From contig CAVVAY010000013.1 of NCBI GenBank assembly GCA_963746465.1, positions 188,934 to 252,933 of the forward strand: a DNA stretch of 64,000 bases, written 5' to 3'. Positions 55,571 to 64,000 of the stretch are shown here, in pieces. Within the stretch, counting starts at the first letter, position 1, and each line of letters starts with the position of its first letter. This stretch comes from an uncultured Actinomycetota bacterium. Lineage in GTDB: Bacteria > Actinomycetota > Actinomycetes > JACCUZ01. The position numbers were made by a program, and so were the translations under genes. Under the pieces are notes generated by a model. The model saw only the letters and a list, made by a program, of their open reading frames with translations. It had not been told where the DNA came from and made no database searches.

Positions 55571-56863
55571 TCAGGACTCGCCGGCGAGGCCGTCGACCTC
55601 GGTGGCAGCCTTCGACAGGAAGTCATCGACCGAGGTCTTCCCGAAGATCACCGCCGAGCTGTACTGGTCGCGGAACTTCTGCCAGACCTCGATGGAGTTG
55701 GGGACGTTGGGCACCTCGACGGTGCGGCTGGCGAACGAGGCGAAGTCCTTGTACTCAGGGTGGCTGGAGAAGTAGTCCGGGTACGCGGCCTCGAGGTCGC
55801 TGCGCAGCGGCATCTGTCCTGTCTTGTCCAGCAGCGCGCCGTCCTGCTCCTTGCTGGTGGCGAACTTCAGGACGCTCCAGGCGGTGCCCTTGGCCTTGCA
55901 GGCCGAGTAGATCGCGACGTTCTTCGCGTCGGAGAAGGTGTGGGTCTCCTCTGCAGTCATCCCCGCGGAGGTCGGGACCGGAGCGGCACCCCACTTCACC
56001 TTGTCGCCGTAGACCGCGATCGCCCACGGGCCGACGATCGACATGGCGGCCTTGCTGTCGGCGAACGAGTCGCCGTTGTACTTCTCCTTCTGCGCGTAGC
56101 CCTTCTCGTACATCGTCGCCCAGAAGTTCGCGACCGCCTTACCGGCGTCGTCGTTGAAGGTGGCCTTGCCGTCCTCGACCAGCTGCTTGCCGCCGGACTC
56201 GGCCGCGTAGAGGGGGTAGAAGTCGAACCAGGACTGGAAGAACTCGCTGCTCGGGGCCGGCCAGATCGCCGCCTGGGCCGCACCGCTGGACACGATCTTG
56301 TCGCTGGTGGCGAGGAACTCGTCGTACGTCGACAGCGGCGGGTTCTCCGGGTCGACGCCCGCCTTCTTCAGCACGTCCTTGTTGTAGAAGATCATCACCG
56401 GGTTCGACTTCCACGGCATCTGGTAGTACTTGCCGTCCGGTGACTTGTACTGCGCGGCGCTGTCACCGGTGCGCGACTCGATGTAGTCCTTGCCGCCGGG
56501 GAAGTCGTCCAGCGGCACCAGTCCGCCCTGCTTCTGGAAGCCAGGCACGGCGGCGGGAGCGGTGTTGAACACCAGGCAGGGGGCGTTGCCGGCGGTGATC
56601 GCCGCGCCGATGACCTCCTCGGAGGTCTTGCCGGCGGGGATCTCCTGGGCGGTGACCTTCTCCTTGGGGTTCTTGGTGTTCCAGGCCGCCACCATCTCCT
56701 TGCCCCAGGCGAGCTCCTCGGGGTTGTTCGACAGCCAGATCTTGATCGCGCCCTTGGTGGCGAGCTCGCCACCGGAGGAGGAGCCACCGCCGTCATCGCC
56801 CCCGCAGGCAGAGGCGCCGAGAGCCAGGGCGAGTAGGACGGCTGCGCTAGCGGTGCGGTTCAT
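55571..56863 (-). CDS. Sugar ABC transporter substrate-binding lipoprotein
   Basis: Lipobox ASACGG, DGKYYQMPW, FYNKDVLKKAG, AAMSIVGPW. TGATG overlap with the lacI-family stop. Confidence 0.92.
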   Translation of the reverse strand: MNRTASAAVLLALALGASACGGDDGGGSSSGGELATKGAIKIWLSNNPEELAWGKEMVAAWNTKNPKEKVTAQEIPAGKTSEEVIGAAITAGNAPCLVFNTAPAAVPGFQKQGGLVPLDDFPGGKDYIESRTGDSAAQYKSPDGKYYQMPWKSNPVMIFYNKDVLKKAGVDPENPPLSTYDEFLATSDKIVSSGAAQAAIWPAPSSEFFQSWFDFYPLYAAESGGKQLVEDGKATFNDDAGKAVANFWATMYEKGYAQKEKYNGDSFADSKAAMSIVGPWAIAVYGDKVKWGAAPVPTSAGMTAEETHTFSDAKNVAIYSACKAKGTAWSVLKFATSKEQDGALLDKTGQMPLRSDLEAAYPDYFSSHPEYKDFASFASRTVEVPNVPNSIEVWQKFRDQYSSAVIFGKTSVDDFLSKAATEVDGLAGES

Positions 56864-57918
56864 CAGTTCTCCGTTTCGGGGACATGCGGTGACGGGGACG
56901 TGCGGGGTGGTGCGGTGGAGGCTCGTATCACGAGGTGCGGCGGGGACAGTCCGACGTTGGTGGTGTCGCGCCCGTCGATGAGGGCCATCAGCTGCACAGC
57001 CGCGGCCTGGCCCCAGGCGTAGGCATCGGTGCGGACGGTGGTCAGGGCCGGCTGCAGGTGCGCGGTGACCTCGGTGTCGTCGAAGCCGGTGATGGACAGG
57101 TCGCCGGGGACGTCGAGCCCACGGGCCGCGGCCGCGGCCATGCCCGCGATGGCCATCAGGTCGTTGGCGTAGACGATCGCGGTGGGCGGGTCCGGCCGGT
57201 CGAGCAGCGCCTTGGTGGCCTCGGCGCCGCCCTGGGCCGAGAAGTCGGAGACGACGCAGGGGCCCTCGGGCAGGCCGGCGGCGACCAGCGCCCCGGCCCA
57301 GGCCTCGCGCCGCGAGGCGCCGTGCACGAACTCGTCCGGTCCGGCCACGTGGGCGATGTTGCGATGGCCGAGCTCCACCAGGTGCGCGACGGCCGCCGCG
57401 ATGCCCGGCCGGTCGTCGACGGCCACGCACGGCAGGCTGCTGCCGACGCAGTCCGGGCCGATCCAGACCGCGGGCAGGCCGGCCTCGGCGAGCAGCGCGG
57501 GGCGGGGGTCGTCGACCCGCAGGTCGGTGAGGAAGACACCGTCGACCCGGCCGTCGGCGGCCAGGCGGCGATACCCCGCCAGCTCGCGCTCGCGGTCCGG
57601 CACGACCTGCAGCAGCAGCGACTGCCCCAGCGGGGCCAGTGCCGACTCGATCCCGGCGATGAACCCGGGAAAGAACGGGTCGGCGCCGAGGGTCTCCGGC
57701 GGGCGGGCGATGACCAGGCCGACCGCCAGCGCCCGGGAGGCCGCCAGCGCGCGGGCCCGGTGGCTGGGCGTCCAGCCCAGGTCGCGGGCCGCGGCCAGGA
57801 TCCGGTCCCGGGTCTCCGGCGCGACCCCAGGCCGGTCGTTGAGCGCGAAGGACACCGCACCCTTCGAGACGCCCGCCTTGCGGGCGACGTCGGAGATGGT
57901 GGGGCGACGCGAGGTCAT
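56863..57918 (-). CDS. LacI family transcriptional regulator
   Basis: PTISDVARKAGVSKGAVSFALN, HLVELGHRNIA, PTAIVYANDLMAIA, VPGDLSITGFDD, LTTV. Confidence 0.95.
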   Translation of the reverse strand: MTSRRPTISDVARKAGVSKGAVSFALNDRPGVAPETRDRILAAARDLGWTPSHRARALAASRALAVGLVIARPPETLGADPFFPGFIAGIESALAPLGQSLLLQVVPDRERELAGYRRLAADGRVDGVFLTDLRVDDPRPALLAEAGLPAVWIGPDCVGSSLPCVAVDDRPGIAAAVAHLVELGHRNIAHVAGPDEFVHGASRREAWAGALVAAGLPEGPCVVSDFSAQGGAEATKALLDRPDPPTAIVYANDLMAIAGMAAAAARGLDVPGDLSITGFDDTEVTAHLQPALTTVRTDAYAWGQAAAVQLMALIDGRDTTNVGLSPPHLVIRASTAPPRTSPSPHVPETEN

Positions 57919-57927
57919 TGGGTCTAA

Positions 57928-57955
57928 TAAAGCGGTTTAGTTACCGGGATGTCAA
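57928..57955 (-). promoter_or_regulatory. Sugar operon promoter: TTGACA -35 with a LacI-type operator TAAACCGCTTTA
   Basis: AT-rich island. The minus strand reads TTGACA-tcccggtaac-TAAACCGCTTTA-ttagaccca-ATG, a quasi-palindrome with central CG. Confidence 0.65.
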
Positions 57956-57980
57956 CCAGCGCCGCCGCTGTCCCGGTCCG

Positions 57981-58754
57981 TCAGTCCCCGCGCAGGATGT
58001 CGTAGCCCAGCCGGACCACCAGGCCGGTGACGACCACCAGGAAGACCACCCGGACGAACCGGCTGCCGCGGCGGATCGCGGTGTGCGCGCCGAGCCAGCC
58101 GCCGGCCACGTTGCACGCACCCATCGCCAGGCCGAGCCGCCACATCGGGGCGCCCTGCGGGATGAACACGAGCAGTGCCCCCACGTTGGTGGCGAGGTTG
58201 ACGATGCGGGCGGTGGCCGAGGCCGGCAGGAACGCGTAGCCGAGCAACCCGACGAGCGCGACCACGAGGAACGCACCGGTCCCGGGACCGAAGATGCCGT
58301 CGTAGAAGCCGATCGTGCCGCCGGCCGCAGCTGCCACCAGGTGGTGGCGGTGCCCGCTGAAACGGAGCCGCTCCTCCAGCCCCATCCGCGGCCGGGCCAC
58401 GGTCCAGGCACCCACGAGGACGAGCAGCACGAGCACCAGAGGACGGAACACCCCGCTCGGCAGCAGCGAAGCACACAGCGCGCCGCCCGCCGCGCCGACC
58501 AGCGCGACGCCGGCCATCGGCAGAGCGGTGCGCAGGTCGGGGCGCACCCGTCTCAGGAAGGTCAACGCGGATGCGGTCGTGCCGCAGACGGATGACAGCT
58601 TGTTGGTCGCCAGCACCGCGGCCGGCGAGGCGCCAGGCAGCACGAGCAGCAGTGCCGGCAGCTGGATCAGGCCGCCGCCGCCGGACACCGCGTCGACCCA
58701 GCCGGCGAATGCCGCAGCGGCGCAGAGCAGCAGCACCTCGTGCAGCCCGGGCAC
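57981..58754 (-). CDS. TSUP (TauE/SafE) family transporter
   Basis: AGWVDAVSGGGGLIQLP, ATNKL, IGFYDGIFGPGTGAFL, NLATN. Confidence 0.9.
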   Translation of the reverse strand: MPGLHEVLLLCAAAAFAGWVDAVSGGGGLIQLPALLLVLPGASPAAVLATNKLSSVCGTTASALTFLRRVRPDLRTALPMAGVALVGAAGGALCASLLPSGVFRPLVLVLLVLVGAWTVARPRMGLEERLRFSGHRHHLVAAAAGGTIGFYDGIFGPGTGAFLVVALVGLLGYAFLPASATARIVNLATNVGALLVFIPQGAPMWRLGLAMGACNVAGGWLGAHTAIRRGSRFVRVVFLVVVTGLVVRLGYDILRGD

Positions 58755-58758
58755 CGGC

Positions 58759-59472
58759 TCAGTGCCGCCACGCGTCGACGACCGCGATCAGGTCGGCGAG
58801 CCGCTGGACGACGGCGTCCGGGTCGCCCTCGACGTGCCCCTTCTGCGCGTCGGGGATGGCACTGTGCGGCACCAGCACGGCGCGCATGCCGACCTGCTTG
58901 GCGCCGTGGATGTCGTCGAACGGCCGGTCGCCGACGAAGACGGCTCGGGCCGGGTCCGCGACGCCGACCGCGGCGAGGGCGGCCCGGAACGCCTCCGGGT
59001 GCGGCTTGGTCCACGGGATCTCGCTGGAGTAGACCGCGCCGTCGATCAGTCGGAGGATGCCGTCGCGGCGGAAGACCTGCTCGTGGTGCTCGCGGGTCCA
59101 CAGGGTGTTCGACAGGACGCCGACCCGGATGCCGCGGTCCTTGAGGGCGGCGAACAGGTCCGGCACGTCCGGGTCGGTGAGCGTGTGCGGCTCCCAGAAC
59201 GCGTGGTAGGCCGCCAGCGCGCGCTCGTGCCGGTCGGTCGAGGTCTCGACGCCGACGCTGCGGAAGATCTCGTCGAGAGTCGCCGAGCGCTGGTGCTCGC
59301 GGCCCGCGCGCCAGGCATCGTCCTCGGCGGACAGGATCTGCGCGGACAGCTCGTCGGCGCGGTCGGGGTCGTAGACCTCGGCGTAGCGCAGCCACTGCTC
59401 ACGCAGGTCGATGGTGTGCCACGGAGTCAGCGTCCCACCCCAGTCGAAGACGACCGCGTCGACCGCCGTCAC
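58759..59472 (-). CDS. HAD family hydrolase
   Basis: [34 protein letters not shown]. Confidence 0.88.
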   Translation of the reverse strand: MTAVDAVVFDWGGTLTPWHTIDLREQWLRYAEVYDPDRADELSAQILSAEDDAWRAGREHQRSATLDEIFRSVGVETSTDRHERALAAYHAFWEPHTLTDPDVPDLFAALKDRGIRVGVLSNTLWTREHHEQVFRRDGILRLIDGAVYSSEIPWTKPHPEAFRAALAAVGVADPARAVFVGDRPFDDIHGAKQVGMRAVLVPHSAIPDAQKGHVEGDPDAVVQRLADLIAVVDAWRH

Positions 59473-61241
59473 GAGCGAACGGTACGGACCAGGTGCGCCG
59501 CGGCCTCGGCGACAGCGACGTCCTCGCGCTCACCGGTACGCCGGTCGCGCACCTCGACCACGCCGTCGGCGAGGCCCTTGCCGACCACGACCACCGTCGG
59601 CATCCCGAGCAGCTCGGCGTCCTTGAACTTCACCCCCGCCGAGACCCCACGGCGGTCGTCGAAGAGGACCGTCAGGCCCTGCTCCACCATGTCGTCGGAG
59701 AGCGCCTGGGCCGCCTCGAGCACCGCGTCGTCCTTGCCTGCGGCGACCACGTGCACGTCGGCCGGCGCAACCGCGCGCGGCCAGCACAGGCCCTTGTCGT
59801 CGAGGGTGGCCTCGGCGATCGCTGCGACCGCCCGGGACGGTCCGATCCCGTAGGAGCCCATGGTCACGACGACCTGCTTGCCGTTCTCGTCCAGCACCTT
59901 GAGGTCCAGGACGTCGGCGAACTTGCGGCCGAGCTGGAAGATGTGGCCCATCTCGATGCCCCGCGCGGTCACCAGCGTGCCGCCGTCGCCGTTGGGGCAC
60001 GGGTCGCCCTCGAACACCGAGGCGGCCTCGATCGTCCCGTCGCCGGTGAAGTCCCGGCCGGCGACCAGGTCGAAGACGTGCCGGCCGGGCTCGTTCGCGC
60101 CGGTGATCCAGCGGGTGCCCCCGACCACCCGCGGGTCGAGCAGGTAGCGGATGGCCGACGGCTTGTCGGCACCGAGCGCCGCCGGGCCGATGTAGCCGCG
60201 GACCAGCCCGGGAGTCGCGGCGAAGTCCTCCTCGGTGAAGGGCTGGACGACCGACGGGTGCACGACCGCCTCGAGGCGCTTCGCGTCCACGTCGCGGTCG
60301 CCCGGCACCCCGATGGCCAGCAGCTCGGTCTTGCCCGCGGGCGTCCGCAGCTTCACGACGACGTTCTTCAGCGTGTCTCCGGCGGTCCACTCCCGGTCGT
60401 CGCGGCGCAGGTCGGCCCGGGAGTTGGCCAGCGCCACAAGGGTCTCGATCGTCGGGGTGTCCGGCGTGTCCTCGACGTGCGCGGGCGGAACGTCGTCGTA
60501 CGACTGGGCATCGGGCACCAGGGTGCGCAGCGCCTCCACGTTGGCCGCGTAGTCGCAGGTCGTGCAGCGGACGTAGGTGTCCTCGCCGACCTCGGCCGGG
60601 GTGAGGAACTCCTCGCTCTTCGAGCCGCCCATCGCACCGGAGAGCGCGGACACGATGACGTAGTCGAGCCCGAGGCGGTCGAAGATCCGCACGTAGGCCT
60701 CGCGGTGCGCGGCATACGACCGGTCCAGCCCGGCGTCGTCGACGTCGAAGGAGTAGGAGTCCTTCATCACGAACTCGCGACCGCGCAGCAGCCCGGCGCG
60801 CGGCCGCTGCTCGTCGCGGAACTTGGTCTGGATCTGGTAGATCCACAGCGGCAGGTCCTTGTACGACGAGTACAGGTCCTTCACCAGCAGGGTGAAGAAC
60901 TCCTCGTGGGTCGGGCCGAGCATGTAGTCGACGCCCTTGCGGTCCTCGACCCGGAACACGTCGTCGCCGTACTCGGTCCACCGGTTGCTCTTGTCGTAGG
61001 GCTCCTTGGGCAGCAGCGCCGGGAAGTGCACCTCCTGCGCGCCCATCGTGTCCATCTCGTCGCGGATCACCGCCTCGATGTTGCGCAGCACCCGCCAGCC
61101 CAGCGGCAGATAGGCGTACCCGCCGGGGGCCACCCGGCGGATGTAGCCGCCGCGGACGAGCAGCCGATGGCTCGGGACCTCAGCGTCGGCCGGGTCCTCG
61201 CGAAGCGTGCGGAGGAACAGGGTCGACATGCGGAGCAGCAC
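59469..61241 (-). CDS. proS: Proline--tRNA ligase (bacterial type with editing insert)
   Basis: [63 protein letters not shown]. Confidence 0.97.
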   Translation of the reverse strand: MLLRMSTLFLRTLREDPADAEVPSHRLLVRGGYIRRVAPGGYAYLPLGWRVLRNIEAVIRDEMDTMGAQEVHFPALLPKEPYDKSNRWTEYGDDVFRVEDRKGVDYMLGPTHEEFFTLLVKDLYSSYKDLPLWIYQIQTKFRDEQRPRAGLLRGREFVMKDSYSFDVDDAGLDRSYAAHREAYVRIFDRLGLDYVIVSALSGAMGGSKSEEFLTPAEVGEDTYVRCTTCDYAANVEALRTLVPDAQSYDDVPPAHVEDTPDTPTIETLVALANSRADLRRDDREWTAGDTLKNVVVKLRTPAGKTELLAIGVPGDRDVDAKRLEAVVHPSVVQPFTEEDFAATPGLVRGYIGPAALGADKPSAIRYLLDPRVVGGTRWITGANEPGRHVFDLVAGRDFTGDGTIEAASVFEGDPCPNGDGGTLVTARGIEMGHIFQLGRKFADVLDLKVLDENGKQVVVTMGSYGIGPSRAVAAIAEATLDDKGLCWPRAVAPADVHVVAAGKDDAVLEAAQALSDDMVEQGLTVLFDDRRGVSAGVKFKDAELLGMPTVVVVGKGLADGVVEVRDRRTGEREDVAVAEAAAHLVRTVRS

Positions 61242-61292
61242 TGGTGGTCCCCTCGGAGGCGTCGTGTCGCCCGAAGGATAACGACGCGGACG

Positions 61293-61332
61293 CCGGGTGG
61301 CCGACCCGGTTTCGCCCGGCCCGGTCACCCGG
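61293..61332 (-). terminator. Hairpin downstream of the ABC exporter pair
   Basis: CCGGGTGGCCG / CGGTCACCCGG inverted repeat just after the stop at 61343. Confidence 0.4.
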
Positions 61333-61342
61333 GTCGCACCGG

Positions 61343-63160
61343 TCACCGGAAGGCGGTGGCCTGGATGCCGTAGAGCTCGGCGTACCGGCCGCCCAGCGCC
61401 ATCAGGTCGGCGTGGCTGCCGACCTCGGCGACCCGCGCCCCGTCCAGGACCACGATCTGGTCGGCCATCCGGACGGTGGAGAACCGGTGCGACACCAGCA
61501 CCGTGACCCTGCCGTTGGTCACCTCCTCACGGGCGGCCGCCGCGAACCGCTCGAACAGCGCGTGCTCGGTCTCCGCGTCCAGCGCCGCGGTCGGCTCGTC
61601 CAGCACGAGCAGCAGCGGGTCGTCCCGCATGAAGCCGCGGGCCAGTGCGAGCTTCTGCCACTGGCCGAAGGAGACCTCGACGCCGTCGTCCCAGCTCGGC
61701 CCGAGCTGCGTGTCGAGTCCGGCCGGCAGCCGTTCGACCACGTCCTCGGCGCCGGCCCGGTCGACGGCGGTCGAGGCGGCGGCCCGGTCGCCCAGGCGCG
61801 CGAGCTCGCCGAGCCCGATGCCGTCCAGCGCACGCAGCTCGAACCGGAAGAAGTCCTGGAAGGCGCCGGCGAGGCGGCTGCGCCACTCAGGCACCGACAT
61901 CGATGCGAGGTCGACGCCGTCGACCTCGATCCTTCCGGAGTCCGGGTCGTAGAGCCGGGCCAGCAGCTTGACCAGGGTGGTCTTGCCCGCGCCGTTGTCG
62001 CCGACGACCGCGACCACGGCTCCGGCGGGCAGCTCGATGCTGACGTCGTCCAGGACCAGCCGGTCGGTGCCCGGGTAGCGGAAGGACACGTGCTCGAACC
62101 GGATGCCGGTGGACAACGTGCTGGGCGGGGTGCCGTCCGAGCGGGCGTCGACCGCCGCGGCGTAGTCCTCGAGCCAGATCAGCCGGCGCGAGATGTCCAG
62201 CCAGATGCTACGCAGGAAGCCGAGCTCCCCGACCGCCGCACCGACGAACTGGGAGAGCTGGCTGCCGACCACGAGCACCAGCACGACCGACCCGGCGGAC
62301 GCGTCGAGAACGCTGGCCGTGAACACGACCGCACCGACGTAGCCCAGCCCGAAGACCGCCCAGGCCAGGCTGCTCCAGAGCGCGGTCCCCCACTTGGCCC
62401 GCCGCATCGGCTGGTACAGAAGACGCCACTCGGCCCGGCGGCGTTCGGCCAGGTCGAGCCCGTTGCCGGTGACGCGCAGCTCCTTGCCCGGCGGCGCGGT
62501 GGTGCCGAGGACGAAGAGGTGGCGGACCCGCCGCTGGTGCTGCGCCTCCCGGCGGAGCACCGCCTGCTCGACCCCCGGCCGCCAGGTCGCCGCGACCACC
62601 GTCGGCACCGCGAACAGCACGAGCAGGCCCAGCGCCGGGTGCACCCGGGTGACCAGCAGCACCACGACGATCCCCAGACGCAGGACCCAGCCGAGGGTGG
62701 AGAACAGCGACAGGAACAGGTGATCGAGGCCGAAGGTGTGCCGGCGGAGCACCTCCAGCCGGTCCAGGTGCTCCCGACGCTCCTGATGGGCGATCGTGGC
62801 GACGGAGGCGTGCAGCTCGGCGACATGGGCCTCCATCGCGATCGAGATCCGGTCGCGGAACCGCCGGCTGATCCGGTCGAAGACCACCTGCAGCCACCAG
62901 AGCAGGGTCGCGGACATCGCGAGCCCGACCGCGGCGACCATCACCTTGCCGTGGGCGTCGTCGTTGACGCCGTCGACGAGCAGCGCCAGCCACAGCCCGA
63001 CGAGTGACTGCGGCAGCGCGACGGCCAAGGTCATGACCAGTGACACGGCGAGCAGGCGCGGCTCGATCGCGTAGGCGAGCTTGACCATCCGCCACAGCGA
63101 CTCCATCGCCGGGGGCAGGTCGGCGTCGCGCGCCTTCTCCTCCTCAGTCGAGCGACTCAA
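61343..63160 (-). CDS. ABC exporter, fused TMD and ATPase
   Basis: N-terminal TM helices, [41 protein letters not shown]. Probable TTG start after GGAGG. Confidence 0.9.
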   Translation of the reverse strand: MSRSTEEEKARDADLPPAMESLWRMVKLAYAIEPRLLAVSLVMTLAVALPQSLVGLWLALLVDGVNDDAHGKVMVAAVGLAMSATLLWWLQVVFDRISRRFRDRISIAMEAHVAELHASVATIAHQERREHLDRLEVLRRHTFGLDHLFLSLFSTLGWVLRLGIVVVLLVTRVHPALGLLVLFAVPTVVAATWRPGVEQAVLRREAQHQRRVRHLFVLGTTAPPGKELRVTGNGLDLAERRRAEWRLLYQPMRRAKWGTALWSSLAWAVFGLGYVGAVVFTASVLDASAGSVVLVLVVGSQLSQFVGAAVGELGFLRSIWLDISRRLIWLEDYAAAVDARSDGTPPSTLSTGIRFEHVSFRYPGTDRLVLDDVSIELPAGAVVAVVGDNGAGKTTLVKLLARLYDPDSGRIEVDGVDLASMSVPEWRSRLAGAFQDFFRFELRALDGIGLGELARLGDRAAASTAVDRAGAEDVVERLPAGLDTQLGPSWDDGVEVSFGQWQKLALARGFMRDDPLLLVLDEPTAALDAETEHALFERFAAAAREEVTNGRVTVLVSHRFSTVRMADQIVVLDGARVAEVGSHADLMALGGRYAELYGIQATAFR

Positions 63161-64000
63161 CGACGACCTCCTCCCCCAGCTCGTCGTACTCGGTGAACCG
63201 GGAGGCCTGCAGCTCGAACATCGTCCGGTAGCGGCCACCGAGCGCCATCAGCTCGTCGTGGGTCCCCAGCTCGGCGACCCGGCCGTGCTCGAGCACGCAG
63301 ATGAGGTCGGCCTTGCGCACGGTGGAGAACCGGTGCGACACCAGGATGGTGGTGCACCCACGGGTCTCGGTGAGGATGCGGTCGAAGATCTCGGCCTCCC
63401 CCCGCACGTCGAGTGCGGCGGTCGGCTCGTCGAGGAGCACGACCCGCGCGCCCTGCCGTACGGCGGCCAGCGCGCGGGCCAGAGCGATCCGCTGCCACTG
63501 ACCGCCGGAGAGGTCGGTGCCGCCCTCGTACCCGCGAGCCAGCACGGTGTCCAGCGCGGCCAGCTGCTCCGCGCCGGCAGCGGTGAGCGAGTCGGTCACG
63601 ACGTCGTCCGGCGCACCCAGCGGCGCGACGTTGTCGCGCAGGGGCAGCTCGTAGCGCACGAAGTCCTGGAAGACGGCCGTGACCGTCGACCGGTAGTCCG
63701 CCAGCGCCATCTCGCGCAGGTCGACACCGCCGACCTCGACCGCGCCGACCTGCGGGTCGTAGAGCCGGCAGAGCAGCTTGGCCAGCGTGGTCTTGCCGGC
63801 CCCGTTCACGCCGACCACCGCCATCGACGTTCCGGCGGGAACCGTGAGATCGACCCCGTCGAGCACGGACGGGCCACCCGGGTAGCCGAAGGTGACGTCG
63901 CGGAACCGCACCTCCGGAGCCTCCGTGCCCCATACGGCCCCTCGTGTGCCGCCGGGCAGGGCTCCGGCGACCGCCATCAGGGCCGGAAGCCGCACGGTGG
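63144..64000 (-). CDS. ABC exporter ATPase domain (5' part outside the window)
   Basis: [34 protein letters not shown]. Confidence 0.9.
   Translation of the reverse strand, partial: TVRLPALMAVAGALPGGTRGAVWGTEAPEVRFRDVTFGYPGGPSVLDGVDLTVPAGTSMAVVGVNGAGKTTLAKLLCRLYDPQVGAVEVGGVDLREMALADYRSTVTAVFQDFVRYELPLRDNVAPLGAPDDVVTDSLTAAGAEQLAALDTVLARGYEGGTDLSGGQWQRIALARALAAVRQGARVVLLDEPTAALDVRGEAEIFDRILTETRGCTTILVSHRFSTVRKADLICVLEHGRVAELGTHDELMALGGRYRTMFELQASRFTEYDELGEEVVVESLD

Noticed and set aside
53706-56863. Sugar ABC transporter lacking an ATPase gene
   Set aside because: Normal for actinobacteria, which share an MsiK-type ATPase encoded elsewhere.
61242-61342. Possible T-box riboswitch upstream of proS
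   Set aside because: The region is too short and no T-box UGGNACC bulge with specifier stem was recognisable; only a hairpin is present.

Overview
High-GC actinobacterial chromosomal window. Most of it is the conserved housekeeping backbone, almost all on the minus strand, in an order resembling the Streptomyces region: proS...rimP-nusA-ylxR-infB-DUF503-rbfA-truB...ribF...rpsO-pnp-M16 peptidase-dapB...thyA-folA-dapA-rnj-osaA-like HK-osaB-like RR-ftsK-rodZ-rimO-pgsA-cinA-clgR. Two accessory blocks interrupt it. The first (about 28.6-40 kb, between ribF and truB) holds an FtsX-type ABC system, an orphan SMI1/KNR4 protein, an FAD oxidase, SRPBCC and YciI genes, a DUF222/HNH (13E12-like) gene with a perfect LexA box and an internal codon/strand-skew flip, and kynureninase. 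The second (about 48.4-58 kb, between rimP and proS) is a tightly coupled eight-gene LacI-regulated sugar locus: binding protein, two permeases, a GH130 phosphorylase-type enzyme, a Gfo/Idh/MocA oxidoreductase, a PMI-like cupin and a secreted protein I cannot assign to a known family. That locus is the best candidate for an undescribed glycan (probably mannoside) utilisation system. Other notable signals are a switchable C-loop RNA structure between folA and dapA and many apparently leaderless promoters. Genes in the first ~5.6 kb are frameshifted, most likely by sequencing indels. No rRNA, tRNA or CRISPR array was seen. All family assignments come from motif recognition by eye, not database searches.
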